A stretch of 64,000 nucleotides of DNA, taken from Eledone cirrhosa (Eukaryota). The DNA is taken from contig OZ024743.1 in assembly GCA_964016885.1 (NCBI GenBank), positions 59,086,001-59,150,000 on the forward strand, written 5' to 3'. A program made the translations under genes and the position numbers. Each line of letters begins with the position of its first letter. Positions within the stretch are counted from its first letter, which is position 1. Positions 48,858-63,000 of this stretch are shown here, one piece after another. A model generated the notes under the pieces. The model was not told the DNA's origin, did no database searches, and was given only the letters and a program-made list of their open reading frames with translations.

Positions 48858-49131
48858 CAGCAACATTTCAACCACCCTCTTACGGAATCACCTATATAAC
48901 TCACCCACACACACACCCAAACAATGTTTTTTCTCCCACACGCCACCTACACTCACAACACGCTTAAACCTCACACACACGTGCTTTCCACCACATATTT
49001 ACACCCTCAGCCACCTGATTCCTCTCCCCCACCCCTATATCCACACACGCACAGACACTCCGACCTACAACCCCCCCCACACACACACACCTCTTCCTGA
49101 ACATGCAACCCCGTTCTTCCCCCAACCCTTA

Positions 49132-49166
<35 letters not shown>

Positions 49167-49590
49167 ACACCTACACACACACACCACCTTCAGCCCTCCC
49201 CGCTCGGACACCCCGTCTCCCTCTCCCCACTCCACCCGCCACCACCCCTACACACCCCACACCCTTCCACCACCTGTTTTACCCCCTTTTTAATTTCAGT
49301 TTATTTTGATCATGCTTTTATATTTATTTTTATTTCATTCCTTTTATTTTGATCATGCTTTATGTTTATTTTTATTTTTAATTTCATTCGCACCGTTTCC
49401 TTTCGCTATATGTCTCTCCACCACTCCCCTACACACCCTTTGAACTCTGTTCCCACACACTTCTCACCTGAGGAAGGGCTTATGCCCGAAACGTCGTTCC
49501 CCACCAGCACCCCACTCTCCAGAGCGTGAAATTAATAAACATTCGTTGTACTGCCTCTGTGTTTTGTTCCTGTTCAAATTTTTCCATTAC
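48858..49590 (+). mobile_element. PLE 3' end / pLTR with C/A-rich tract and hammerhead motif at 49468-49495
   Basis: CTGAGGA-A-GGGC(TTAT)GCCC-GAA-ACGT-C, a typical PLE minimal hammerhead core with only 2-bp stem I left; downstream AATAAA; (TA)n on both sides. Confidence 0.65.
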
Positions 49591-49635
49591 ATATATATAT
49601 ATATACACATACATATATATATATATGTATATGTA

Positions 49636-49724
<89 letters not shown>

Positions 49725-49841
49725 CACCTTGACCACTAATTGAATTGACAGATGTCTTCAACCCAATGATACCAAACATTATTTGGTCAGTAGTTCGTGT
49801 GCATATGTAAGTATATATATATATTTATGTATATATATATA

Positions 49842-51043
49842 CTAGCAATGGTACCCGGCCTTGCATGTGATAAGGTATTTTGGAACGCGGGCCGCCAACA
49901 GACCTAATAGTGGAAAAACTGCATGTCTGGACAATATATAAATAAAATAAACCGAATAGTCTGATGGATGGATAATCTAAGATTTTCCTCGATGAAGCAG
50001 GAAAAAGGCAGTATTTCACCTTATGCAGGCCCTAGGGGTTCAAGAAAATGAATTTTTTTTTATGTGCACAATATGCCTTGAAATTTACGGAAAATCGGCT
50101 AGGCGTAACGCCTCAAAAAAGCCCTAAAAAGCAGAAAAAAATGAAGTTTTTAGGCCATAAAAAGGTTGGATTTTCTTTGCTCACGGTATGAAGAAGAGAC
50201 TGACTAATATATAGTTACAATTTCAAGGAAATCGGTCTGTCTTAACGCCTCAAAAAACCCCTAAAAAGCTGGAAAAAAACGCAGTTTTTCACCTAATGCG
50301 GGCCCCAGGGGATCAAAAAGTTGAATTTGTTCATGTGCATTACACTCCCTGAAATATAAGTAATGCACCAATAAAGTTTGAAAAGGATCAGTTGGGTACT
50401 TCTCGGGTTTCTCTCTCTCACACACACACACATACACACATAGGCACATGTATGTATGTATGTATGTATGTATGTATGAATGTTTAACAACAAACGAGGA
50501 AGAATATATTGAGACAGATGGCACTAAGGAATACTGTTGGAACCTGAAAATAAAAACTGCCACCAAATTAAAGCACAACCAGCCTGATATTGTAGTTTGG
50601 GACCACACATTGAAAACGTGTTCTGTTGTGGAGATCAGCTGCCCACTTGATGTAAACGTTGTCAGAAAAATACAGGAGAAGGAGGACATCTACGGACCAT
50701 TGATGAGGAGTTTACAAATCCAGTATCCAAGATACACCTTTAGCTTCATACCCATCATTATTGGTGCTACGGGTTATATACCAACCCGCTTGGACCAAAG
50801 TATGACTGAACTTGGATTTGTGGACAAAAAGCGCAGCTCCCTAATTCATAGTTTACAAATGGCTGCGATAGCTGGCACCTTCAAAATTTGCAAAACATTC
50901 TTGCGATTCAAGGGATGACAATTTCTTTTCTTTTACAACCTTGCCACCAGGAAGGTGGCCGGTCAAAAAAATATACTCAAAATTAAGAGAAAGAGAAAAC
51001 ATACATACATCCTTCCTCAGTTTTATATATATACATATATAGA
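49842..51043 (-). mobile_element. Non-autonomous Helitron interrupted by a LINE fragment
   Basis: Minus strand 5' end A|TCTATATAT..AAAACTGAGGAAGG(ATGT)n at 51043; 3' end ...GCAAGGCCGGGTACCATTGCTAG|T at 49842, similar to the 10363 terminus. Confidence 0.7.
50480..51000 (+). mobile_element. Divergent R4-like RLE LINE 3' fragment (family D) in a (CATA)n tract
   Basis: WNLKIKT..KHNQPDIVVWD...VVEISCPLD...EKEDIY..FIPIIIGATG, stop at 50918; ends at ATACATACAT. Confidence 0.85.
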
Positions 51044-51246
51044 TTAAAATAACAAATTAAAGTTTAAGAAAAGAATCGTTGCTTTCACCCTTAACGGGAT
51101 CTTCTGAAACTATAAACAGCAATCTGTAAACGCAGATGTAAATATTTCAAAAAACGTTGCAGCCAAAGGAAAACAGGAAGACGATACTTTGGTTCGTGAA
51201 GACGTTCCCTGGCAATGAACGGATAATAGCGAACATAATACGTCAT
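51044..51246 (-). mobile_element. Second copy of the 10668-11790 family (3' arm)
   Basis: Reverse complement of 11567-11768 (cagaagatccc..aagggtgaaagca..gattc; aacgttccctggcaa.gaacgg). Confidence 0.75.
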
Positions 51247-51309
51247 CAATGTTCGTCAGAATGTCGTAATGCAGACAGCCAGACATACAAACATATATTA
51301 TAAGAGCGC

Positions 51310-51516
51310 GACGGAGATGGCTAACCGGCGCCTAACACCGCTTTAACAACAGAAAATTGATAAATAAAAGTTGCAGTTCATTTCTTTAGACCACAAATAA
51401 TATATAAATGCAAGTTTGAAGTCAATCGGAGTAGAAATGTGGATTTGTATAGACTTTGCATAAATGAGGACAAACGCACACACACTGACAACATCAGTTT
51501 TATATATATATATAGA
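51310..51516 (-). mobile_element. Non-autonomous Helitron 5' fragment
   Basis: Minus strand A|TCTATATATATATATAAAACTGATG..(GT)n..CCGATTGACTTCAAACTT, parallel to the 51043 end. Confidence 0.5.
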
Positions 51517-51906
51517 TACATATATATATATAATCCTCTCTTTCTCCCTATTTTCATATGTATATATATATATATATGCTTATGTGTGAGTGTCTATATA
51601 TGTATGTTCGAATGCCTAAATGAATACACAAAGCTTTAGATTTAGTAGAAGGTACAACCACCGATTCCAGTTACTATCACTACCATATATGTTTGTTTCT
51701 ATTAATTCCCAGGGGAATTGGGTGACCAAATGCTTTCCTTAATTGTTTTATTTATTTTTAAGATTTTACTTTTTCTCTCAGGCTTCAGGTATTTTTTTTA
51801 AGCAAAGCATTGGCCCTTGTAATACTACAGTGGGCCCTGTCATGCTACTGTGGTCACCTGCAATACTACCGTATATATATATATATATATATATACATAT
51901 ATAATA

Positions 51907-52047
51907 TATACATGCTGAATCCCCCCGAGAATTACATTTGTGCGTACACATGATGAATTACTCTGAGAATTACATTTAAGTGTATACATGCCGAATCACC
52001 CTGGAATTACATTTAAACGTACACATGTTGAATTTGCTTGAGAATTT
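51907..52047. repeat. Minisatellite, about four diverged copies of a 37-38 bp unit
   Basis: Repeated ta.acatg..gaat......gagaattacattt. Confidence 0.8.
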
Positions 52048-52168
52048 ACGAATTTTTTAATATATTTGTATACACTTTCTTTCCTCTTTTCAATATAAAT
52101 CGTGAAACTCATAAAACGTTTTCTACTGCTGTTTGTTGCCTGCTTGAACTATATAAATATATAATAAT

Positions 52169-54244
52169 ATGAATATACATATGATCACCTGATAACAAAT
52201 TATATATTCCCTAATGAGCAGAACGGGTGTAAACGAGGCTCATATGGCTATAAGCATCAGCTTTTGATTAGCAAAATGATACTGGAAGATTGTCATAATT
52301 GACAGAAAAATCTATCAATTGCGTGGATAGATTACATTAAAGCATTTCATAGTTTGTCACACAATTGGATTGAAAAGTGTTTAGAGATTTTCAAAATATT
52401 TTGAAAAACAACACTCCTTTTGTACAGTGACAAACGATCACTGGAAGCTGGAGAAGTTGATATTAATTGTGGGATCTTTCAGTGTGACTCTTTATCACCG
52501 CTTTCATTCTGCATCGCGCTTATACCATTAAGTAAAATGCTCGATGAAACAAAACATGGATATGAAGTCTATGTTCTACATGGATGATCTGAAACATTTT
52601 GCAAAAAATGATGAGCAATTGCAAGGGCTATTATCCACTGTGAAGCAGTTCAATGATGATATTAAAATGGAATTTGGATTGGATAAATGCGACAAAGCCA
52701 CATTCACAGGAGGAAAGCTGCTGAGAAGTTCAGGCATTAATCTTGATCGGGGGAATGTGATAAGAGAACTTGATCAAGAGGAAACTTATAAACATCTAGG
52801 TGTTTGTGAAGGAGACGGAATCCCGCACTCGACAATGAGTGAAAGGATAAGGAAGGAATGTTACCGTAGAGAAAGAGCAATCAAAGAAAAGGATTGAATG
52901 CAAGGAATAGGATCGATGCCATAAACACACTTGCCATACCAGTAGTAACTTACAGTATCTATGTCATCAACTAGTCAAGGTCAGAGATCCGTAAACTCGA
53001 TACGAAAATTAGATAATTCTTAACCATGCACAGAATGCATCACCCTAAGGCAGATACAGATAGAATATATCTCCCTAGGAAAGAAGGAAGATGCGGATTA
53101 ATCTAGTTAGATATTTCTTTGAAAACTGCAACAATTGGATTATCTACATATCTAAGGGAATCACATGATTGGATGATCAAACTCGTTTTGAAACAAGAAA
53201 GCATCAAAAGATCATACTCCATTACAAAAGATGCACAAAGATACGGTAACGAACTACAAATTTCAGAAGTTCCATTTACTGCTGAAATGGAAAACACAGA
53301 AAAAGCAAATCAGGTAAAAGTAACTGCAAAGAAAGAACTGCTACAGAAACTGGCTAAGAAATGCCAAGAAAAGCTTCTGTAAGGAAAATACTCAGACAGA
53401 GCTAAGAATCCTGATATTGACAACATTTAACCCAGCAGATGTTGGCATCCTCTAGACTGAAATCGGAGACTGGAAGATTGATTATATCAGCACAAGATTA
53501 GTGTCTGCGAACAAAAAATTATCAATAAAAAAATGGATGCAACACATTATGCCGTGCATGTAAAAAACAACCAGAGACCTTTGACCATATGATTGCAAAC
53601 AGGGACGACATATGTAAGCATTTTGACCTGCCCCTTTAAAAGAATTGGTGGGAGCATCAACCACCACCCGTAATTGAAAAAGATCACAGCTCAATTTTGT
53701 GGAACTTTAGCATCCAAACGGACGTAAATATAGATGCAAATAGACCTGATATAATATTGAAGGATTTTAAAAAGAGGCTATGCCTGCTAATTGATATGTC
53801 CGTTCCTCATAAACAAGAATGTATCGATTAAAACATTTGAAAAATTGAGCAAGTATAAAGACCGGTAGATAGAGGTTGGAAAAATGTGGAAGTTGAGAAC
53901 TAAAATAATACCAGTGGTTGTAGACGCTCTAAGAATGATACCTAAGGGGTCTAATGATTACTTATCCCAAATCCCAGGAAATCCGCGTATAGAAGAAATA
54001 ATAAAGATAGTACTAATAGGAACTGCCCATATACTAAGGAAGATTCTGTCAATATAAGTACATCACAAATCTAAACACCTATAGATACATTTCTGTGTGT
54101 GTGTGTGTGTGTGTCTGTGTGTCTGTGTACGCGCGCGTGTATGTGTGCGTGTTCTTTCTTGAAAACGGTGGACCGTGTTGTCTGTTGAGGTCACTAGTTG
54201 TGACTTGGTGATAACTCGTATGAAAATAAACCAAGAAAAATGAA
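52169..54244 (+). mobile_element. R4/Dong family C, 5'-truncated, degenerate, on + strand
   Basis: Homologous to 34387-36510 ([20 protein letters not shown], ..HILRKILSI* at 54057); (AAT)n tail at 54245-54268. Confidence 0.92.
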
Positions 54245-54268
54245 AATAATAATAATAATAATAATAAT

Positions 54269-54452
54269 TGTTTCTACTTTAGGCACAAGGCCAGCAAATA
54301 CTCAGTACATTACTGGTACTCTATTTTATCGACCCGAAAGGATGAAAAGCAAAGTCAACCTCGGCGGGATTTGAACTCAGATCGTAAAGGGACGTAACTA
54401 TGCTGGAAATCATGGCGTCCGACCCTCTACCGATACTGCCAATCCACCGCCC
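54269..54452 (-). mobile_element. Full-length tRNA/Deu-Nin SINE between two (AAT)n tracts
   Basis: Minus strand GGGCGGTGGATTGGCAGTATCGG...GAGTTCAAATCC...GGCCTTGTGCCTAAAGTAGAAAC(ATT)n. Confidence 0.93.
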
Positions 54453-54481
54453 TTAATAATAATAATAATAATAATAATAAT

Positions 54482-57400
54482 TTAATTTATTAGCCACAAG
54501 GGCCGACATATAGGGGACAATACGAAAGACTGGGACAGTGGGGTTTTACAGAAAAATCGAGTAAACAATATGAATCACAATAACAAAGCAACAATAAAAT
54601 TACAAGAAAACATTCCCCAATAGTGGGGAAGACCAACAATGCTTCGCTCAGGTACCCCACCAATCCTAAACGACCCGACGCTTCGAGAACACCCTGGAAG
54701 GGCACCCCCTCTCCTCCTCAAATTTACCTACCTACAGCCGCATGACCAGAGTAGGCCCAATCACACGGGCCATTCTCGCCACATTCAGCCACCTTTCAGC
54801 AAACGTACTGGGGGGGGGGGGGGGGTAGCACTTCTCTATCCACTCTCACTTTCCTTTGAAAAAGTTGATGAGGGATTGGCCGAAGAGAAAAGTGTCAGTC
54901 TTCAGTCCTTTCAACCTCGTCCACAATACAACCTCTTTCGCTACTGCCATCAGAGAGAGGAAAATTACCTGCCCTTCCTGGCCAAAAGAAGGCGGCGGGT
55001 CGATCTTCACTATGGACTCTGCCGATAGCCGGATCCGTTCTACACGCGACAACAGCTGTTCAACATAATTCCACAAGACAGTAATACACGGACGCTGGAC
55101 GAGTGCGTGCAGAACGGTTTCGTCGCTCTGCGCGCATCTCGGGCAGGACCGCCTGACAGCACTTCCGTGCCTGTAGATCTTATCTCGAACCGGCAGTGCT
55201 TCCCGGTAACATTGCCAAGCGAGGGATTTTTGGAAATTATCCATCGTCCTCGGCTCGAAAGTCCTACGGTACAGACTGGTTAGTTCGACTACGTTGACTC
55301 CCAGAGCCTCTCCGCGTGCGTCGTCGCACTCTCCCACCACTACTCCTCTATAGAACTCGAGTGTGGAAGTTACACTGAACGCATTGCCCGCCTGGTAGAG
55401 GGCAGTGGGTGCCTGGCAACATTCCAGATGCAACTCAGCCAGTCTCGGTCTCTTCTTGACCCAGGACTTCAGTTCAGTCAGAGACGAGCTGCGGAAGGCC
55501 CGTCTGACAAACGGTGACCACACCTGTTCACCGTTTAAGCACAATATCTGGAGATGCCGCTGCCTCAGTGCGTGCCTGCGCATCATTAGCCACGGCATGC
55601 CCAGCCCTCCACGTAGAGGGTGCTGGCAGCAGATGGACCGCCTCACCAGCGGAACCTGACCCCAACACAAGAATTTGAAGAGGAGCCGCTCCAAGATGGC
55701 GATGTGCGAATGGGGACAAGGGACGACCGTCAGCCGGTAGTAGATGACGGACGCGATGTACGCGTTCGCCACCTCCGCCCAACCTTTCAGTGATACCTTC
55801 ATCCCAGCCCTTTTCTGGGTGAGACTGGTTACCCTGCCCGTCACCTCGTCCCAATTCTTATCCACCTGGAGGTCTGGCCCGAACCAAACCCCGAGCAACT
55901 TAACCGGTCCGTCTGTCCAGCGCCTAACGACGCTGTTGAATGGCATGGCCCTGCTTCTCCAGGTGCCAAGTTGCAATCCCACCGACTTTTCCGGGTTAAG
56001 TTTTGCTCCCGTCAACCTTTCATATTGCTCCAATAAGTTGCCGACCACCTCGATTTCTCAGGTGTCCGACAACATCACGGTGATGTCGTCCGCATAAGCC
56101 GACACAGATTTTACGCGTCCCGGTTCGAGCGGAATGCCCTGCAACAGCTCCAGTTTCCGCAGTAAAGGCTCGAATGTCAATACGTACAGAAGGGACGTGG
56201 GAGAGCACCCGTGACGGACCGATAGGGAGACCTGAAACGGTTCCGAGAGATGGCGATTAATTTTGACCATCGAGCATCTGCCGCTGTGTATTGCAGCGAT
56301 CCAGCTTCTGAAGACGGGGCTGAAGCCAGCCGCCTTGCGTACAGCCTCCAGGTACCGATGGTCAACCCTATCGAATGCTTTCGATTGATCTAAATTGATC
56401 AGAGACCCACCGAAGCCGCGTTTACACCCTACCCTCTCTATGATGCATCGCATTAGGTGGAGGTTGTCGTGTATGGACCTGGTTGGGATTGCGCAAGTTT
56501 GCGCCTCCCCAACCAAATCTCTGACGACAAACGCCTACCTCTTCGCTAACACCCTGGCCAAAATCTTAAACTCTGTGTCGAGAAGAGTTATGGGTCTGAA
56601 ATTGTCTAATGTATCCATCTTGATCTCGTCTTTCCTTATCAGCGTCACTACGCTCCGGCTCACACAACTGGGAATGCGCCTGTTCTGCTGCCAGTTGCAG
56701 TAGAGCTCTTCGAGGAGATTGAGAACAAGTGTGGCATATTTACGTAAAGCTCGTTGGGCAGACCATCCAAACCGGGTGACTTGCGCCTCATGCAGCCGAC
56801 AAGGGTATCCAGAATCTCGGGTGAAGTAATCGGCCTTTCGCATCGCCCAGCGTCGGCCGTCGAAAGTTTCGGCAAGCCAACGAGGTAGGGACTGAAGTCC
56901 GCCAACGTCTCTAACTCGCCACTTCCCCTGAACAACCGAGGAAAATGCTGACGAAAGGCCTCACACATCCGCTTGGAATCGCTCAGCTCGTGTCCGTCTC
57001 GGTCCGTCACAGACCGAATCGTGGTTTTATTACCACGCGGGCCCATCCAACTGCTTTGGTTCCCTCGTTTCTCAGAGCACGCGCTTTAGCTCTGACAATG
57101 CAACCTTCGTGTTAGCATTGAATAAATGGTCTAATGCCATTCTCGCCGCTAGCACGTCAGTTGCAATGCCATTACCAATAGCCTCGTCTAACTTATCTAC
57201 CAACTCCCCGTCCTTTCTATTTTTCTCTAACGCTACTTCTTTGCTAAACTCTATCGACATTACTCAAATCTCTCTTTTGAGAGCACCCCCACCATCTATT
57301 TTTAACGACTCCCCCTGTCAACTTTTTCTTAACTAAATTGTTGACCTGGTCCCTGTAAGCGTTACGTGCCGGAAATGACATCTTTAGCTTCCAGTAACCA

Positions 57401-60045
57401 TTTCCTAACCTACGCGTCTTATCTAGGTCGACCATACAGATCACAAACTTGTGATCTGAATAGTCGACCGTTTTCAAACGTGGACAGCTTACGCTATTTT
57501 TGTCTATTTTCCTAGTGAATATCCTTTCTATATACCATCTAGATGACACTATGCGGTTTGTCCAGGCCCACACTGGCCGCATTAGGGAAATCAAGTCGGT
57601 ACCGGTCAGACAGTTGGTACTGGCTGATGAGGTTATTGGGGCTTTTGCACCCCCCGCTCCCATCGGATACTCCCACACAGTCCCAGCGTGCGTCTAAGAT
57701 GCCGTTCCAGTCCCCCGCTAACGGTAAAGGGCGAGACACAGAGAAAGTCTTCCAGGCGTCTAAAGAAGTCCGGCCGTCTTGCCCCAGTAGGGGCATAGAC
57801 GGCAACCAGTCTAAAGGCACCACCTTCATTATTGTTCACGTCCAGGACCAGCAACTTCCCGTCCGGGTCCCGGATGATCGACCTTACCTCGAGATCCAGG
57901 CCTTTCCTAAACAGCACTGCCACCCCACTTCCAATTCGTGGCCAACTTACATATGCGAAAATCTGATAGTCGTCGAAAATAGGGGCTAGTGCACGGGTAT
58001 CGGAAATCCTGGTCTTGCTGAAAGCAATTACATCAATTTCTAGAGACCTGATGTCGTTGAGCAGGTGACCCTGCTTTCAGGAAGATCCCAGGCTCCGAAC
58101 ATTTAAGCTTCCTACTCTTAATACGGCCATGTTGGCAGGTTAAAAGACAGAGAGGAAAGGTTTACTTAATTTCCGGGTTCTTGTGAAGTTCGGGTGGTTC
58201 GACCTCCATAGTTGGTGGTGTTTATTTTGGGAACCCCTTTAAAATCTTGAAGTGGGTTTCACCTTCGGGGTTCCCACGGGGAAAGCTGTCTCGTATCTCT
58301 TTGTGTAAATCGAGCGACATTCGCACCAGAAACAAATCTTTCGGCACGTGAAATGTGCTCGATTTAAAAATTTCCCCCTCTTTTTGTATATTTTTACTTC
58401 GTGCTACGAGGGCCATCAGTTCCTTGTTGGCCCTCCTGACGAGCACGAAGTTTTGTATGTTTTGTTGGTGTGATTTTAATTGTTTGCGTGGCTGTGGTGT
58501 TGATGGATTTGGTAGTGCTGTTTCGGTTATATCTGTGTTTGTTGTGAGTGCTGTTTCGGTTGTGTCTGTGTTTGTCGTGAGTGCGGTGTCTGTGGTTTCA
58601 GATGTTTGTGTGTATATTTATTCTTGAGTCTGTTTAGGTTGTTTACGTTTGTGGGATTCTGATGATGGTGATGTTGGTGTTGATGTTGGTGTTATTGGAG
58701 AGATGTATGCGTGAGTGGTGTCTGTATTTTTTATTGTGGGTGATTTTGTGCTTTGTTGAGTTTTTTTTTCCTTTTTGTGTTTCCTTTTTTATTTTGGGGG
58801 ATTTTGGTTTTCCCTCATCTTCACTACTGGTAGATGAGGGATCTGTGTCTGTAAGTGTGTCTGTGTGTGTGTTTATGTTTTTATTGCTGTCTGTATTTTT
58901 TTTGTGGGGAGGGGGAATTTGACAACTTTCCTCGTTTCCTTCCTGGGTGGTCAATGTTGGTGGTGGTAAACCCCGGACCAGTCCTCTCTGGCCCTTCTGG
59001 TCGCTTCTATCGGGACGGTATCCGTCTCCTCCACAATCACACATCCCAGAAGCCACCACATGTCAAGTCTTGGTGGGATTCTGGGAATGCGGAGACGGGC
59101 CGTTCTTTTTCCCATGAGGGAGGAGTACATTATGACCTTGCTGGTTTTGCAAGGAGTCATAGCGTGTTTCATAACGAGGGCTTCTGACTTGAACAGCACT
59201 GAAATGGTGCCGCACTGTCTGCCCCTCGCCATGTATTCGGTGTCATCTCTGATGCACCTCGGCGCGACTTCGACAATTAAAGCTGCCCTTTTGGTTTGTG
59301 CTGAGATGCATCCATAATGCACCGTTCTGCGGTTAACTTGACCCAGGATTGCTCTTGCTTGATGTGCTTCCAGTCCTGGGCCAACTTTTCATCTTTGTTT
59401 GAGAGGTCCATGTTGAAGCATGGCCTCTTTTCTGCGAGAGTGTTCTTCTTGTTGTCGTTGCGGGTGTTGTTTTTGTGGTCGTTATTCTTGTTGGTGTTGT
59501 TGTTATCACTGTCGTTGTTATCATTGTTGTCTTTGGTGCCACCGTTGTTCTCGGTGCAGTTGGTATTGTTGCTCTTGGTGTTGTCGCTATTTGTTTTCAT
59601 GCTAGTGGTGTTGATATTGTTGTTGCATTTGTCATTTTCTTTATCTGTATTTTCGTTGTCGCTGTTACTGTCATTTTTTTCAAAATTAGAGTTCTCAGTG
59701 TTGTTATCATTGATTTCTTTGTTCACATTGTTTGTGGTGGTGTTTGTTGTATCAACTTCTGTTAATTTCGCTGTAGCGCTCCTCTCCACTTTTACGTCGT
59801 TGTCACACGACAGAAGACATATCGCTGGGATGCGTGCCTCAGCCATGTTATTTTTGCTTTTTGTTTTTTCTATAATTTTTTTTTAAATGTAAAAGAGTTC
59901 AAATATTTGGGCCAAAAGGCTTTTGTTCTTTCCCCTTCACAGGCCAAAGTCCATGGGCTTGTATGCCTTACACAACGACAAAAATTTCAATAAATAAGTT
60001 TTGACAAGTAAATAAACTTACGGGACAGAGAAAAAGGACGTCCTC
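54482..60045 (-). mobile_element. Full-length Tx1 LINE copy 5 (same subfamily as copy 3), degenerate
   Basis: ORF1 from 59846, ORF2 from 58130 with YADD at about 56090; many frameshifts; AATAAA and ATT tail. Confidence 0.93.
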
Positions 60046-60046
60046 T

Positions 60047-63000
60047 TTATTAATCACAAGGATTTACATAAAGTAGACATTAAGGACAGTAGAGGACAAT
60101 ACAGGGCGGCACAAATGGGCATTTCTGCGTGTAAAAAGCAAGAAACAGAGGATGTAATAATAGAACAATGAAAACAATTCCCCAATAGAGGAGAGACTTC
60201 CGAGTGACATTCGTGGAGAAATCCCATTAATAAGCCACAGTGACACTGACCACCAGGGCAAGTGCCCTCTCCCAGTTTTCCACCTTTAATTTACAGACAC
60301 ATACTCAGAGTAGGCCCATTCACTCGGGCCATTCTTGCCTCTCTCGCCCATCTTTCAACAAAATTCTGGGAAGAGAGCACTCTCCTTTCTACCCTGATTT
60401 TCCTTTTTAAATGAAATTTGAAAAAGTTAATCAGGGCATCACCGAAGAGGTACGTGCTTGTCTTCAGCCCTTTCAAACGTGTCCACCATACTATTTCTTT
60501 CGCCATGGCCACCAGACAGATAAAAACTGCCTGCCCTTCCCGGCTAAAGTAAGAGGGCGGGGAAATCCTCACGATGGACTCAGCTGATAGCCGGATCCGT
60601 CCTACACGCGACAGCATGTGTTCGACATAAACCCACAAGTCAGCAATTCTCGGACACTGGACGAGTGCGTGCAGGACGGTTTCGTCGCCCTGCGCGCATC
60701 TCGGACATGCCCGGTGACGGCACCTCCATGCCTGTAGAGTTTATCCCGAACTGGCAAAGCACCTCGGTAGCACTGCCAGGCCAGGGATTTCTGGAAGTTG
60801 TCCATATACCCCGGAAGTTCTTCCGAAGAGATAGGTTAGCTAATTTTCGTCGACGCCTAGAGTTTCCCCAAGTACGTCGTCACTCTTCCCCTCCACAAAT
60901 CCTCTATAGAACGCCAAGGTGGAGTTTCCACCGATCACATTGCCCGATTGGTCGAGGACTGCGAGCGCCTGAAGATATTCCAGTGTCCAAGTGCTCCCTC
61001 TCGGTCTTCGCTTGACCTAGGACTGCAGCTCCGTCAAGGAGACGAGCTGGGGAAAGACGCGTCTAGCAAACGGAGACCACACATCATCATCATCGAGGAA
61101 GAGCTGGAGATGTCGTGTCCTGAGCGCGTGTCTGCGCATCATCAGCCACAGCATGCCCAGCCCTCCACGTAGCGGGTGTTGACCATCGGAGCGCGTCCCT
61201 TTCACAAAAAGCGAAAGAGCAAACGCTCCAGCGCAGTCAGGCGGGGCATAGGACAAGGTACGACGGTCAGGCGGTGGTAGATGACGGACGCGATACACGC
61301 GTTAGCCACCTCCGCTCGACCTTTCAGGGAGAGCTTCCTCTCTGCCCATTTCTGGGTGAGTGAAGCCACCCTGCTCGTCACATCGTCCCAGTTTTTGTCC
61401 GTCTGGAGGTCTGGACCGAATCAGACCCCGAGCAATTTAACTGGTCCATCCGTCTAGCGCCCGACGACGCTGTTGGACGGCATGGACCTGCCTCTCCAGG
61501 TGCCGAGCTGCAGGCCCACTGACTTTTTCTGTTTGATCATTGCTCCTGTCACCGCTTCGTATTCTCTTAGTGTAGTGCCGATCGCCTCGATGTGTTTGGC
61601 GTTCGACACCACTACGGTGACATCGTCCGCATATGCTGCCACGGATCTTCCGCATCCTAGTTCGCGCGGGACCCCCCTCAACATCTCCAGTTTGTGCAGT
61701 AATGGCTCCAGAGTCAATACGTACAAGAGGGACGGGAGGGGACATCCTTGGCGGACCGAGCGAATGATGTTGAACAGTTCCGAAAGGTGAGCGTTCACTC
61801 TCACCACAGAGCAGATGTCGCTGTGCATGTCAGCGATCCAGCCTCTGAAGACGGGCACAAAGCCAGGCGCCCTCAGGACTGCCGCTCGATAACGATGGTC
61901 GAACATATCGAAAGCTTTCGACTGATCTAAATTGATCAAGGACCCACCCGTGCCAGGTTCCCTAGCTACCCTCTCTACGATGTATCGCATGAGGTGGAGG
62001 TTTTCGTGGATTGATCTGTCGGGAATGGCGCATGTCTGCGCCTCTCCCACCAGACCACCAACGACAAGCGCCAACCTCTTTGCTAGCACATTGGTCAAAC
62101 TCTTGAACTCTGTGTTTAGCAGAGTTATGGCCCTGAAATTATCTATGTTATCCCCCTTGTTCGGATCCTTTCTCAGCAGCGCCACAGCTCCTCGGCTCAC
62201 AGAGCTGGGAATTCTCCCGTTCTGTTGCCATTGTAGTAGACGTCCGCCAAATGGTCTCCGAGCAAGTCTGACATATGTACGTAAAGTTCATAGGGCAGAC
62301 CATCCAACCCAGGCGATTTACACTTGTGCAGCTAGTCATTGCCTCCCGTACTTCAACGGATGTTATCGGCTTTTCGCAACATTCCGCCTCAGTGGCCGAG
62401 AGCCGCGGCAGTCCGTCGAGGTAGACACTAAAGTCCATCCCTCGATCCGGCCCGCCGCTGCCCCGAAGTGTCGCTGAAAAGCTTCCCACATTTTCCCGGG
62501 ATCGAGTATCATGCACCCGTCCTGGTCCACCAAAGACCGGATCGTGGCTTTGTTGCCACGAGCGCCTCCGCCACTCGGGCCCATTGAACGGCTTTCGTCC
62601 CCTCGTGTCTGAGAGCACGCACCCTAGCTCTGACAAGACAACGCAACCTTCGTGCTTTGCATTGAAGAATTGGTCAAGGGCCAATTTCGCCTGAAGTACG
62701 TCGGTCGCGATGTCTTTGCTGAGCGCCTCGTCTAATTGTCTAACTAATTCTCGATCTGCTCTATTTTTCTCTATTGCTAAAGCCTTACTAAACCTAATGG
62801 ACTAAATTGCTAAACCTAATTGCTCTTTTAAGAGCAAACCACCACTTGTAGTTGACGATGGCCCCCGTCAACGCCCGCTTAACTAGTTCGCTAAGCCGGT
62901 CTCTGTAGGCCTTGCGCGCTGGTAAGGACGCGTTTAGCTTCCAGGAGTTGGGTCCTCGTCTATGAAGCCTATCTAAGTCAAGCATACATATCACGAATTT

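Noticed and set aside
51907-52047. Regularly spaced repeat resembling a CRISPR array
   Set aside because: Eukaryotic context, whole units are homologous (no unique spacers) and there are no cas genes; it is a minisatellite.
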